Assembly (NCBI GenBank): GCA_946403755.1
Contig: CAMJBC010000006.1
Span: forward strand, 46,176-110,175
Direction of reading: 5' to 3'
Source: an uncultured Mycoplasmatota bacterium
GTDB taxonomy: Bacteria > Bacillota_I > Bacilli_A > RF39 > UBA660
Length of the DNA: 64,000 bases
Shown piece after piece: positions 1 through 10,500 of the stretch (its first letter is position 1; the number at the start of each line of letters is the position of its first letter). The position numbers and the translations under genes were made by a program. The notes under the pieces are model-generated. The model did not search any database. It worked only from the letters and a program-made list of their open reading frames with translations, and was not told where the DNA came from.

Positions 1-4
1 AAGA

Positions 5-1546
5 GTGGAGAGAAAAACTCTTGAAGAACAAAGAAAACAAGTAGAAGATGGTTTAACACCATTAGAGGATTATGATTATAAGAAAATTAATCCAAAAGAA
101 GCAACCCCAACTAGAGAAGCAACTGAAGCAGCTGAATATGGTTCAGTTGAAAAGTTAATGAATGATAATATAGCTGAATTAGAAAGAATTACTAAAAATT
201 TCAATACATATGAAGATTTAATGAGATTAAGTACTCCTGAATTAGAAAAATTATTAATTACTATGGATGCATTTAATGAAGGTTTTGATAAGGATGCTAA
301 AAAAATTGATGCATTTATTAAAAAACATCGTGATGATATTAGAGCATTAAATCTATCAACTCAATTTACTAATTTAACAAAAGCAGTTTATCTTACAAGA
401 ATGGCTATAGATGATGTTCAAGAAGTAAAAGAAAATACATTAGGCATTGCAAGGGATAGAGAAGACTATGCTAGAATGGCTAGAGATATGTACTTTGAAA
501 ATACATTACATCCTGAAGCAGCTAAATTAATTAGAACTAGATATATTTTAGGATTAGCTACTGATAAAGAGTTAGAAGATTATAATTATAATGCAAAAGA
601 TGCATTTAAAGTTCATCTAACTGCTCAAGAAAAGAAAGATAAAGCTGCTATAGCTGCAGGAAATGAAGCCCTTGAAGGTTCATATCAAAGAGATTTTAAA
701 AGATATTCAAAAAATGTAAAAAGATATGAGAAAAGAGGTAGAGAATTAACTGCTCATATTAAACAGGCACAAGAACTTACAACTGCAGTTAAATCTGGAA
801 AGATTACAAATTATATGAATTATCTAATTCATGAAAAAGGATCAATTCCAATAGGATTTAATTTATATAGTAACATGGATGATAAGAAAGCTGTTTTATA
901 TCAAAAAATGTTAGGTTACTTAGCAGTACCAGAACAAATTGATGAAGCTATTCTTCATGATATAGTTACTGAAGGAAAGAAAGCACCTGAAAAAGACAAA
1001 GACAAAGACAAAGATAAAAAACCAGAAGGTCCTGGAAAAGATAAAGAACCAGATGGCCCAGGTGGAGGATCAGGAGACGGAACAGATCCACATGACCCAG
1101 ATGATCCAGACAAAGACAAAAAACCAGATGGCCCAGACGGTCCAGGTGGAGGATCAGGAGATGGAACTGGAGATGGCTCAGGAGATGGAACAGATCCAGA
1201 AGATCCAGACAAAGATAAGAAACCAGATGGTCCAGATGGCCCAGGTGGAGGATCAGGAGACGGAACAGGAGATGGTTCAGGAACTGGAACAGATCCAGAA
1301 GATCCAGACAAGGATAAAGACAAAGACAAGGATAAAGGGAAAAAACCTAGAATTAAACCTGAAATAATAGGAAAAATACATAATGTTTCAACTGTTATTG
1401 CTAAAGCAACAGGATTAATATTCACAGGTTTAGTATTAACATACATCTTTGTTAATGGTGTAGCAATTGCAATTCCAGCATCATTAGGATTAACAGCTGC
1501 ACACTTAGTATCTGGTGGAGTATCATTAGCTACTAAAAAGAAATAA
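5..1546 (+). CDS. 3' part of a large hypothetical protein with Asp/Pro/Gly/Lys repeat stalk and C-terminal hydrophobic anchor (probably 5'-truncated by window edge)
   Basis: Frame is open from the window edge; helical body, PDGPGGGSGDG/DPEDPDKDK repeats, then two hydrophobic segments and KKK. Confidence 0.8.
   Translation: MERKTLEEQRKQVEDGLTPLEDYDYKKINPKEATPTREATEAAEYGSVEKLMNDNIAELERITKNFNTYEDLMRLSTPELEKLLITMDAFNEGFDKDAKKIDAFIKKHRDDIRALNLSTQFTNLTKAVYLTRMAIDDVQEVKENTLGIARDREDYARMARDMYFENTLHPEAAKLIRTRYILGLATDKELEDYNYNAKDAFKVHLTAQEKKDKAAIAAGNEALEGSYQRDFKRYSKNVKRYEKRGRELTAHIKQAQELTTAVKSGKITNYMNYLIHEKGSIPIGFNLYSNMDDKKAVLYQKMLGYLAVPEQIDEAILHDIVTEGKKAPEKDKDKDKDKKPEGPGKDKEPDGPGGGSGDGTDPHDPDDPDKDKKPDGPDGPGGGSGDGTGDGSGDGTDPEDPDKDKKPDGPDGPGGGSGDGTGDGSGTGTDPEDPDKDKDKDKDKGKKPRIKPEIIGKIHNVSTVIAKATGLIFTGLVLTYIFVNGVAIAIPASLGLTAAHLVSGGVSLATKKK
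990..1335 (+). repeat. Intragenic tandem repeats (two ~99-bp/33-aa units plus one shorter unit, flanked by DK runs)
   Basis: CCAGGTGGAGGATCAGGAGA occurs three times; unit KKPDGPDGPGGGSGDGTGDGSGxGTDPEDPDKD. Confidence 0.9.
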
Positions 1547-1552
1547 TAAAAT

Positions 1553-1584
1553 AAACTTATAGATTAATTTCTATAAGTTTTTTT
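1553..1584 (+). terminator. Rho-independent terminator
   Basis: AAACTTATAGA-loop-TCTATAAGTTT followed by T run, just after the stop. Confidence 0.8.
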
Positions 1585-1747
1585 ATTTTGTTTAAAATAT
1601 AAAATTATAATTAAAAATATGTTTAATAACATATTTTTTACTTAGAAATTTATTATTTTTATATTACATTTATTAAATAATAAATCTATTTTATCAATTT
1701 GAAATGGCTATTTTAAACATATATACTCACTATTATGGAGGGTAAGT

Positions 1748-2623
1748 ATGGAAAGAAGTATTAGAGTTAGAAATTTGAATAAAAAGATTGGTGGTAGATT
1801 GGTACTTAAAGATATTAATTTTGATGTATATGAAGGAGAAATAGTTGGTTTAGTAGGTAAAAATGGAGCAGGTAAATCCACATTATTAAAAATTATGACT
1901 GGTCTTTATTCTATGGATAGTGGTGATATATATTATTATGATTATAATTTAAATATTGAATTTGAAAGAGCTATGTCTATTGTTGGTACATTAATCGAAA
2001 CACCTGATTTATATAAAAATATAAGTGGTTCTAAGAATTTAGAAATATTTAAATCTATGTTTAAAAATATATCTGATGATACTGTTGAAGAAATAGTTAA
2101 AATAGTTGAAATGGAAAAGTATTTAGGACGTAAATTCAAAACATATTCTCTTGGTATGAAAGAAAGGTTAGGAATAGCTCAATCTCTCTTAAATAAGCCT
2201 AAAATACTTATTTTAGATGAACCTACTAATGGATTAGATCCAATAGGTGTCAAAAAGATATTTGATATATTAAAAGAAATGAAAGATACAACTATAATTA
2301 TATCTTCACATATGTTAAGTGAAATAGAAAGTATATGTGATAAAGTTATATTTATTAATAATGGTGAAATAGTAGATATTAAAAAAATAGATAAGAATGT
2401 TAAAAAGAAAAATATATTATTTGAAGTAGATGATTTTTCTAAAGCTAAATTATTATTAAAAGATTATTGTATTAATGAAGAATTAGAAGTATATGAATCT
2501 GATAATACTATTAGTAGATTAAATAGGGAATTAATATTTAATAATATAAATGTTTATAGAATATATGAAAAAGAAAATGTTATTGAAAAAGAATTCTTTG
2601 ATATGGTAAATAATAATGAATAA
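1748..2623 (+). CDS. ABC transporter ATP-binding protein (BcrA/lantibiotic-immunity-like exporter)
   Basis: Walker A GKNGAGKS, signature YSLGMKERL, Walker B LILDEPTNGLD, SSH switch. Confidence 0.92.
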   Translation: MERSIRVRNLNKKIGGRLVLKDINFDVYEGEIVGLVGKNGAGKSTLLKIMTGLYSMDSGDIYYYDYNLNIEFERAMSIVGTLIETPDLYKNISGSKNLEIFKSMFKNISDDTVEEIVKIVEMEKYLGRKFKTYSLGMKERLGIAQSLLNKPKILILDEPTNGLDPIGVKKIFDILKEMKDTTIIISSHMLSEIESICDKVIFINNGEIVDIKKIDKNVKKKNILFEVDDFSKAKLLLKDYCINEELEVYESDNTISRLNRELIFNNINVYRIYEKENVIEKEFFDMVNNNE

Positions 2624-3353
2624 ATTATATACAATATATGTAATATTTAAATTGTTAATAAATGAAATTAAGAAAGTAGGCATTATTAAAATATTAATAT
2701 CTTTAATAACATTTTTAATAGTTATTTTATTTATATATAAAACAAGAAAAGAAGATGTTCTATCTACATCTTATTCTTTAATACCTTTTATAGGAATATA
2801 TATGATTATATTTTATGGAGGAAGTATATCTTCTGAAATAGAAAATGGATCATTAAAATATTATTTAACTAAACCAATTAAAAGATGGAAAATATATTTA
2901 TCTAAATTACTAAGTATTTATTTATATTTGATTATGATTATATTTTACATATTATTTATATATTTAGTTATTATTGATAAGATAGATTATAGTTTTATAA
3001 TTAAATTTATTAAGTATTCAGTACCTTTATTTTTTATGGCAACATTTATATTATTTATATCAACTAGTATTAAAAATACTGCTGTATGTATTGGAATAGA
3101 TATATTTATATTAACTTTTTCTACTTTAATATCTCAGGTATTTTTTGGAATAGAATTTAATATTATAGAATATACTTTTTTACCATATTTGGATTTTAAT
3201 ATATTTAATGATATTAATGCTTTAAATGAAATGAATAATGAACTTGGTATACATCTTAGTATGAAAAGTGGAATTATTATTGATATTATTTACATGATAT
3301 TTTTCTATTATTTAGGTAATATTATATTTATAAATAAAGATGTAAAAAATTAG
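2616..3353 (+). CDS. ABC-2 type transporter permease
   Basis: Six-TM pattern, ISSEIENGSLKYYLTKPIKR motif, overlaps the ATPase stop. Confidence 0.85.
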   Translation: MNKLYTIYVIFKLLINEIKKVGIIKILISLITFLIVILFIYKTRKEDVLSTSYSLIPFIGIYMIIFYGGSISSEIENGSLKYYLTKPIKRWKIYLSKLLSIYLYLIMIIFYILFIYLVIIDKIDYSFIIKFIKYSVPLFFMATFILFISTSIKNTAVCIGIDIFILTFSTLISQVFFGIEFNIIEYTFLPYLDFNIFNDINALNEMNNELGIHLSMKSGIIIDIIYMIFFYYLGNIIFINKDVKN

Positions 3354-3428
3354 TAAATATAATATAATGTATTGTTTTTAAGGCGTTTTTTTGTTAATAT
3401 GATATTAAGAATAGGTTGGTGAAGTGTA

Positions 3429-3758
3429 ATGGCTACTAAAAAAAGTGGTAAAGCAGTGAAGAAAGCTCCTGCTAAAACAACAACAACTAAGAAGGTAGTA
3501 AGAAGAACTCCTGTAAAAAGAACTAGAAAGAGTACTATGCCTGGTGGATACTTAATGTATATTTTCTTAATAATTGCTGCATTAGCTGCAATTGTTGCAA
3601 TTGCTGGTATAGTTCTTGAATCACAAGTAGAACCTGCTGCAAATATGGAAAACTATGAAGGATTCTTCACATTTATTAAACAATGTAAAACTGCTGCTCT
3701 TGGAATTTTCGGAGTATTCTTAGTACTTGCTTGTTTTACAAGAATGAATAAAAACTAA
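3429..3758 (+). CDS. Small membrane protein with basic Lys/Thr/Arg-rich N-terminus and two TM helices
   Basis: ORF with GGTG RBS and its own terminator. Confidence 0.75.
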   Translation: MATKKSGKAVKKAPAKTTTTKKVVRRTPVKRTRKSTMPGGYLMYIFLIIAALAAIVAIAGIVLESQVEPAANMENYEGFFTFIKQCKTAALGIFGVFLVLACFTRMNKN

Positions 3759-3863
3759 TGACTGTAAAAAGTCATTTTTTTATTTTATTAAATAATATGT
3801 AAAATAGACAAAAAGTCTTGTATATATTTTTCTAATAATGATACAATGATTATGGTGATATAA

Positions 3864-4316
3864 ATGCAATATAAAGTAACAACATATTCTGAAGATGAAA
3901 CAATGGAATTAGCAGAGAACATAGAATCAGAAAAATTTCCAAATATGGTTATATGTCTTGAAGGAGATTTAGGTAGTGGAAAAACTGTATTTGCAAAAGC
4001 ATTTGCAAAATCACTAGGAATAAAAGATAATATTACTTCTCCAACATTTAACATTATTAAAGAATATGATGGAGCAGAAATGAGATTATTTCATATGGAT
4101 GTTTATCGTTTTGCTGATATTAAGCAAGATATAGGTATTCCTGAGTACTTTAATAAAAAAGGAGTATGTATTATTGAATGGGCTGATTTAATAGAGGATA
4201 TTCTGCCTAAAAATAGATTAGATATTAGAATTAAAATTGTTGATGAAAATACAAGACAATTTGTAATTACTCCTAGAGGAAATAAATACGAAGATTTATG
4301 CGAAAGAGTTTTATAA
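3864..4316 (+). CDS. tsaE: tRNA threonylcarbamoyladenosine biosynthesis ATPase TsaE
   Basis: GDLGSGKT, ITSPTF, HMDVYR, IIEWA motifs. Confidence 0.95.
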   Translation: MQYKVTTYSEDETMELAENIESEKFPNMVICLEGDLGSGKTVFAKAFAKSLGIKDNITSPTFNIIKEYDGAEMRLFHMDVYRFADIKQDIGIPEYFNKKGVCIIEWADLIEDILPKNRLDIRIKIVDENTRQFVITPRGNKYEDLCERVL

Positions 4317-4355
4317 CTCTTTTTTTTATGGTAAAATATACTTAGAATAAAATAG

Positions 4356-5900
4356 GTGAATGCTATGGATAATTTAGAAAGCATATTATTGAATATTAAA
4401 AATAAATTAGATAGATTATCTAAAGATTCTTTAATTATGTATTTATCTTTAGATTATTGTCCTAGTGATGTAATAAAAGAATATTATAATAAGAATGATA
4501 GTGATATTAAATTATGTATTTCTATGAATAAAAATACACCACAAGATATATTAAAAGAATTATATGAAGATAAAATAACTAAATATAATGTTATAGAAAA
4601 TGAAAATTGTCCTAGAGAAATATTAAATCTTTTAATTTCAACAAATGATAAATTAATTTATTCACATATGATGAATAATAAAAAATGTCCTAAAAAGCTT
4701 TTTAGAATGATTAAAGAAGTTAATTTAGCAAATGAAATATGTCCTAAAGATGTATTATTAAAATATTCATCTAATGCTGATAATTTAACTATGAAAGAAA
4801 TATCGGATATAGCTAGTAATGTTAATATGACTGATGAATTATTAAATATGATTTATAGAAGTAAATTGGGATATACAGCAAGATATTCTTTTGCTAAAAA
4901 TATTAATTGTAGTGAAGATATATTAGGTAAAATATATGAAAAGAATAATGCTTTTGATTTAAAATTAGAAATAATTAAAAATCCACATTGTCCACAAACA
5001 ATTATTATTAATGAATTAAGATCTAATAATATAGATGAGTATAGAGCTATAGCTAGTAATATTAATATACCTCAAGGTGTATTAGATAAATTATCTATGA
5101 TTGAAGATGAAGAATTATTATTTAATATAGCTTCCAATAAAAGAAATAAAAATATAGTTTTATTATCTAATAGTATATCTTCTAAAGTAAGAAAAGGTGT
5201 ACTAGAAAATGAATCTGTAACAATTGATATTATTCAAAGTATGATAAATGATATAGATGAAGATATTTCTATATGTGCATTATTTAAATATTATAATTAT
5301 GTTAAAAATAGTTTGGAAACTTTAGAAGATGATAATCTTGAAAATGAAAGAAGAGAGGAAAGAAAAGAAGAAAATAATAATTATGATTTAGAACTTGAAA
5401 GAATAAATGATGTAAATGATAAATTAAGAGAAGAACAAAATAAAGAAACAATGATTATGATAAAAGATTTACAACAAGTAATATCTCATATTAAAAATCC
5501 TGATGAAAACTTTACTATTAGAAGATTACATCATACTATTCCAATAAATGAAGATTTCTTATTTGATGTTAATCCAGATGGAAGTAAAGCTATTAAAAAA
5601 GAGTTTATTAGTATACTTAAATATTTTGATTTAAGTAATATAAGTTGTAATAATATGATAGCTACAGATATAGATTTTAGATTTACTAATTTAGATATAG
5701 ATCCTCAAAAAGTATTTAAGAAAGATTTAAGTTATTCTAGATTTGGAGATAATAATATACATAAATTTAGAAGTTTTAATGGAGTTAATATGACTGGATG
5801 CGATTTTAGTGAAACTAGATTATCTGTAGGAACTTCTGAAAAAGAAAATTCAGAAAGATTAAAAGAAGCAGCAAGTGAACAAGGTGCTGATGTTAAATAA
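4356..5900 (+). CDS. Hypothetical protein with LRV/HEAT-like repeats and C-terminal pentapeptide-repeat-like region
   Basis: Recurring IAxNxNxP-x-x-IL units; coiled coil; C-terminal FDLSNIS/DIDFRFT/FNGVNMTGCDFSET. Confidence 0.65.
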   Translation: MNAMDNLESILLNIKNKLDRLSKDSLIMYLSLDYCPSDVIKEYYNKNDSDIKLCISMNKNTPQDILKELYEDKITKYNVIENENCPREILNLLISTNDKLIYSHMMNNKKCPKKLFRMIKEVNLANEICPKDVLLKYSSNADNLTMKEISDIASNVNMTDELLNMIYRSKLGYTARYSFAKNINCSEDILGKIYEKNNAFDLKLEIIKNPHCPQTIIINELRSNNIDEYRAIASNINIPQGVLDKLSMIEDEELLFNIASNKRNKNIVLLSNSISSKVRKGVLENESVTIDIIQSMINDIDEDISICALFKYYNYVKNSLETLEDDNLENERREERKEENNNYDLELERINDVNDKLREEQNKETMIMIKDLQQVISHIKNPDENFTIRRLHHTIPINEDFLFDVNPDGSKAIKKEFISILKYFDLSNISCNNMIATDIDFRFTNLDIDPQKVFKKDLSYSRFGDNNIHKFRSFNGVNMTGCDFSETRLSVGTSEKENSERLKEAASEQGADVK

Positions 5901-5954
5901 TGTTTAAAATAAATATAAAATGTAGTAAAATATTTTTAGAATAAGGAGGGAAAT

Positions 5955-8300
5955 ATGAAAGTATTAAGTGATAAAGAATTAAATAATATGAATGCTTATT
6001 TTAGAGCACTTAATTATTTATCTTTAGGACAATTATATTTAAAAGATAATCCATTATTAAAAGAACCTTTAACATTAGAACATGTAAAACCAAATGTAGT
6101 AGGACACTGGGGTACAGCTCCTGGACAAAATTTTATTTACATGCATCTAAATAGAATAATTAAAAAACATAATTTAGATATGATTTATATATCTGGACCT
6201 GGACATGGTGGACAAGCAATGGTTGCTAATACATATTTAGAAGGTACATATACAGAAACATATCCTAATATTACAGAAGATGAAGAGGGGTTAAAGAAAC
6301 TATTTAAACAATTTAGTTTTCCAGGTGGTATTTCTTCACATGTAGCACCTGAAACACCAGGTAGTATAAATGAAGGAGGAGAACTTGGATATTCTCTTGC
6401 TCATGCTTTTGGAGCAGTACTTGATAATCCATCATTAATTGCTGCTTGTGTAGTAGGTGATGGAGAAGCAGAAACTGGTCCTTTAGCAGCTTCTTGGCAT
6501 TTAAATAAGATAATTAATCCACTTACTGATGGTATTGTACTTCCAATACTTCATTTAAATGGATATAAAATAGCAAACCCAACTATATTTGCTAGAATGC
6601 CAAAAGATGAATTAATTAAATTCTTTGAAGGTTGTGGATATACTCCTTATATGGTAGAAGCAACTTCTATAGATAAATTACAAGAATTAATGGCTAAAAC
6701 ATTAGATAAATGTATAGCTGATATAAAGGGTATCAAGAGTAAAAAACATTTAAATAAACGTGCTAAATACCCTATGATTATATTCAAAACACCTAAAGGA
6801 TGGACTGGACCAAAGAAAATAGATGGTAAGATGGTAGAGGGAAGCTTTAGATCACATCAAGTACCAGTTGTTGTAAATAAAGAACATCCTGAAAACTTAC
6901 CAATATTAGAAGCATGGTTAAAGAGTTATCATCCTGAAGAATTATTTGATGAAAATGGAACTATTAAGAAAGAATTAAAAGCTTTAGTACCAAAAGGAAA
7001 TCAAAGAATGGGTGCTAATCCACATGCTAATGGTGGAAAATTATTAAAAGAATTAAATGTTCCAGATTTTAGAGAATATGCAATAGATGTTCCAAGACCA
7101 GGATTTGTTGTTAAACAAGATATGATGGAACTTGGTAAATTTATTAGAGATATTATTACTTTAAATGAACATAATAAAAACTTTAGAATCTTTGGACCAG
7201 ATGAGGCATTATCAAATAGATTAAATCATATATTTGAATCAACATATAGACAATGGAATGGTATTACTTTACCAACTGATGAATATTTAAATAATTATGG
7301 TAGAGTAATTGATTCAGTATTATCTGAACACTTATGTGAAGGTATGTTAGAAGGATATTTATTAACTGGTAGACATGGTTTCTTCCATAGTTATGAAGCA
7401 TTTATTAGAGTAGTTGATTCAATGGCATCTCAACATGCTAAATGGTTAAAAGTATGTCAAGATTTACCTTGGAGAGCTGATATAGCATCATTAAACTATA
7501 TTTTAACTTCATATGCATGGCAACAAGATCATAATGGATTTACTCATCAAGACCCAGGATTTATTAATCACTTAGTAACTAAAAAGGCAGATATAACAAG
7601 AATATATCTACCATTTGATACAAATACATTAATTAGTTGTTTTGATCATTGTATTAGATCTAAAAATTATATAAATGTTATAATTGCATCTAAACATCCA
7701 AGATTACAATGGTTAACAATGGATGAGGCAATTAAACATTGCACTAAAGGTTTAGGAATATTAAAATTTGCTTCTAATGATGAAGGAAAAGAACCAGACT
7801 TAGTAATGGCTTGCGCTGGTGAAACTCCAACTATAGAAACTTTAGCAGCAGTTAAGATTTTAAATGAACATTTCCCTAAATTAAAAATAAGAGTAGTTAA
7901 TGTAGTTGATTTATTTAAATTACAAAGTAGTGATAACCATCCACATGGTTTAGAAAATGAAGAATTTGATGCATTATTTACTAAGAAAAAACCAGTAATA
8001 TTTGCATATCATGGATATCCTCATTTAATACATCAATTATCATATAAGAGAACAAATAAAAATATCCATGTTCATGGATATATAGAAGAGGGTACTATTA
8101 CTACAACATTTGATATGAAAGTCCAAAATAAACTTGATAGATATCATTTAGTAATAGATGCATTAAAATATTTACCACAATTAGGTGATAGATCTGCTTC
8201 ATTAATTGAATGGTGTAAAAACAAATTAGTTGAACATAAAGAATACATTCATGAATATGGCGAAGATATGCCTGAGATAAAAAATTGGAAATGGGAATAA
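5955..8300 (+). CDS. xfp: Xylulose-5-phosphate/fructose-6-phosphate phosphoketolase
   Basis: GHWGT, GPGHG, EGGELGY, TPP motif [23 protein letters not shown]. Confidence 0.97.
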   Translation: MKVLSDKELNNMNAYFRALNYLSLGQLYLKDNPLLKEPLTLEHVKPNVVGHWGTAPGQNFIYMHLNRIIKKHNLDMIYISGPGHGGQAMVANTYLEGTYTETYPNITEDEEGLKKLFKQFSFPGGISSHVAPETPGSINEGGELGYSLAHAFGAVLDNPSLIAACVVGDGEAETGPLAASWHLNKIINPLTDGIVLPILHLNGYKIANPTIFARMPKDELIKFFEGCGYTPYMVEATSIDKLQELMAKTLDKCIADIKGIKSKKHLNKRAKYPMIIFKTPKGWTGPKKIDGKMVEGSFRSHQVPVVVNKEHPENLPILEAWLKSYHPEELFDENGTIKKELKALVPKGNQRMGANPHANGGKLLKELNVPDFREYAIDVPRPGFVVKQDMMELGKFIRDIITLNEHNKNFRIFGPDEALSNRLNHIFESTYRQWNGITLPTDEYLNNYGRVIDSVLSEHLCEGMLEGYLLTGRHGFFHSYEAFIRVVDSMASQHAKWLKVCQDLPWRADIASLNYILTSYAWQQDHNGFTHQDPGFINHLVTKKADITRIYLPFDTNTLISCFDHCIRSKNYINVIIASKHPRLQWLTMDEAIKHCTKGLGILKFASNDEGKEPDLVMACAGETPTIETLAAVKILNEHFPKLKIRVVNVVDLFKLQSSDNHPHGLENEEFDALFTKKKPVIFAYHGYPHLIHQLSYKRTNKNIHVHGYIEEGTITTTFDMKVQNKLDRYHLVIDALKYLPQLGDRSASLIEWCKNKLVEHKEYIHEYGEDMPEIKNWKWE

Positions 8301-8324
8301 AAAAGAGTGCTTAGCACTCTTTTT
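8300..8324. terminator. Bidirectional terminator between convergent genes
   Basis: AAAAAGAGTGC-TTA-GCACTCTTTTT. Confidence 0.85.
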
Positions 8325-8859
8325 AAATGTTATCAATTTCAGTAATTATATAATCATAATCACTCATATCAATAGTTTGACCACAATATGGACATAAACC
8401 ACTAGCATTGATATCTAAACTATGACCACAACTAGGACATCTTCTTACTTCATCTAAATCTTTAGCATCTAATCTTTTAGTAAATGTAATATGATGTTCT
8501 AATTCTATTCTATGATCATTAATACCTGATTTAAATTCACCATCTTCATCTATAAAGTAATCCATATATCTAGATACTAATAATACTTTAATATTAAGAT
8601 TATTATCTTCAACTGTATAATTTACTATATCAGTTGATTTAACATTCATTTCATCAAATAAACGTATTACTTTATCTTTTTCATAACTTTTAACTAATTC
8701 ATCAAAATGATTATATACATCTTCACTTAAATAATGTTTTACACTAGATAAATCATTTTCCATAATAGCAGATAATATCATTATAAATATATGATCTGCT
8801 TTTGTAAGAAATGTTGCTTCAGTAAAATCATCATCATATTTTCTTATTTCATCTGTCAT
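8323..8859 (-). CDS. Tim44-like domain protein with C-terminal zinc ribbon
   Basis: F-x-E-x-x-FL..A...F..I..A pattern; CPSCG...CPYCG. Confidence 0.8.
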   Translation of the reverse strand: MTDEIRKYDDDFTEATFLTKADHIFIMILSAIMENDLSSVKHYLSEDVYNHFDELVKSYEKDKVIRLFDEMNVKSTDIVNYTVEDNNLNIKVLLVSRYMDYFIDEDGEFKSGINDHRIELEHHITFTKRLDAKDLDEVRRCPSCGHSLDINASGLCPYCGQTIDMSDYDYIITEIDNI

Positions 8860-8861
8860 AA

Positions 8862-9746
8862 TTATCTCCTTATTTCTTTCTTAGATAATACCCAATCATG
8901 ATTTTCAAATACTATAGTACTATTACAATATTTACATACATTACTTGCAGTATCATCAAGAGGAGCACCACAAGATGGACAATTTTTAGATTTTTTATTA
9001 TTTTGAGCATGTAATGTACTAGTAAATGTTAAATCATAACTATTATTTAATTTAAATGATTTAGTTCCTCTAATAACTTTATCTTCTTTATCAACTACAT
9101 AATCAAAGAATGCAACTGTTAATGATACTTTTAATGAAATATGATATCCATCAACTTTCATATTAGTAATATCTATATTCTTTTTAACAAAATCTGACAT
9201 AACATTTTTTTGTTTTTTAGCTTTTAATGCAACCAATTGTGAATGGTATGTATTATATAATTCATCAGATAATAATTTTCTTAATGCATCATAATCAAAT
9301 TCACTCCATGCATTTTGTACAGCTATAAAATTATTATATGCTTGAGTTAAGAAAACTTCTTTATTGAAATTAGGAATATGTTTTTTAATTTCTTCTTCAT
9401 CAACAGATTTATTGAAGTTAGAATTACCTTGACTTCTCTCAGGTGTATTGTTATTACTTTGCGATAAACTAATTATTATTACAAGTGCTACGATGAATAT
9501 AAAAAATCCAAAAGCACTTATACCACCACCAGAACCTCCACTATAGTGACTACTTGAATCCCAATCATCATCATCCCAATCTGAACTCCAATCAGAGTCC
9601 CAGTCTGAATCCCAATCAGAATCCCATCCAGAGTCATAATCTGAGTCCCATCCTGAATCTGCTTTTACACTTATAAAGTTAAATGTAAAGAATCCTAATA
9701 GTAATACTAATATACTAATTGCTGCTATTTTCCTTTTCATATTCAT
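8862..9746 (-). CDS. Membrane Tim44-like domain protein with zinc ribbon and N-terminal (DSDW)n repeat
   Basis: Signal peptide, acidic Trp repeat, Gly linker, TM, VQNAWS, CPSCGAP...CKYC, WVLS. Confidence 0.82.
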   Translation of the reverse strand: MNMKRKIAAISILVLLLGFFTFNFISVKADSGWDSDYDSGWDSDWDSDWDSDWSSDWDDDDWDSSSHYSGGSGGGISAFGFFIFIVALVIIISLSQSNNNTPERSQGNSNFNKSVDEEEIKKHIPNFNKEVFLTQAYNNFIAVQNAWSEFDYDALRKLLSDELYNTYHSQLVALKAKKQKNVMSDFVKKNIDITNMKVDGYHISLKVSLTVAFFDYVVDKEDKVIRGTKSFKLNNSYDLTFTSTLHAQNNKKSKNCPSCGAPLDDTASNVCKYCNSTIVFENHDWVLSKKEIRR

Positions 9747-9836
9747 TCTCCTATTGTTACCATTATAAGTATAGCATATAGAATATATTTTTTAAATAAA
9801 ATATGTTATAATATTTTTAAGAAAGGGTAGGTATTT

Positions 9837-10094
9837 ATGGATACACATTTATTATATATACTAGCTATTGCTTTAATAGTAATCTGTCTTGCTAAGTTTG
9901 TATTTCATTTAAATGGTAAGAAATTAGTTGCTCTTATTGTTAACGCAATTATCGGTTTTGTGGTAATTTGGGTAATCAATTGGACTGGTCTAATTCATAT
10001 TCCATTAAACATTATTACTTCTCTTGTAGTTGGAATATTTGGATTACCTGGAGTAGTATTACTAGTATTATTAGTATTACTTAAAGTAATATAA
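9837..10094 (+). CDS. Pro-sigmaK processing inhibitor BofA family membrane protein
   Basis: NAIIG...IN...HIPLNIITSLVVGIFGLPG pattern, 85 aa, hydrophobic. Confidence 0.75.
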   Translation: MDTHLLYILAIALIVICLAKFVFHLNGKKLVALIVNAIIGFVVIWVINWTGLIHIPLNIITSLVVGIFGLPGVVLLVLLVLLKVI

Positions 10095-10131
10095 AAGATT
10101 CATCAAATGATGAATTTTTTAATTAGGGCTT

Positions 10132-10500
10132 ATGAAAGAAAAAATGAATCAAAAATTATATTCATTATCAAAATCTAAATTTAGAAGTAGTTTTCATTTA
10201 AGAAAATATATGATTGATTATATAAATGATAAAGGCATGGATAAAATTAAAGAACATGCATATGATTTTATAAGAAGTAAAATAGGGGATGCTAATCCAA
10301 AGAATGATGGAAAACAAACTCCTATGAAAAATCATCCAGTATTTATAGCCATGCATGCATGTGGGTGTTGTTGTAGAACATGTTTATATAAATGGCATAA
10401 TATTCCTAAGGGTAGAGTTCTTACTAATGATGAAATAGATTATTTAGTTAATTTGGTAATGAAATGGATAGAAATAGAATATAAAAGAGTCACTTTATAG
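10132..10500 (+). CDS. DUF4186 family protein
   Basis: SKFRSSFHL, NDGKQTPM..HPVFIAMHA..CCCR.CL.KWH. Confidence 0.9.
   Translation: MKEKMNQKLYSLSKSKFRSSFHLRKYMIDYINDKGMDKIKEHAYDFIRSKIGDANPKNDGKQTPMKNHPVFIAMHACGCCCRTCLYKWHNIPKGRVLTNDEIDYLVNLVMKWIEIEYKRVTL

Noticed and set aside
955-1446. Antisense and alternate-frame ORFs over the repeat region (955-1446 minus, 1053-1367 plus)
   Set aside because: Shadows of the low-complexity repeat in the real gene; no RBS.
8305-8319. GAGTGCT/TAGCACTC resembling CIRCE (HrcA) half-sites
   Set aside because: Half-sites are in the wrong order, lack the 9-nt spacer and lie between convergent stops; it is a terminator.
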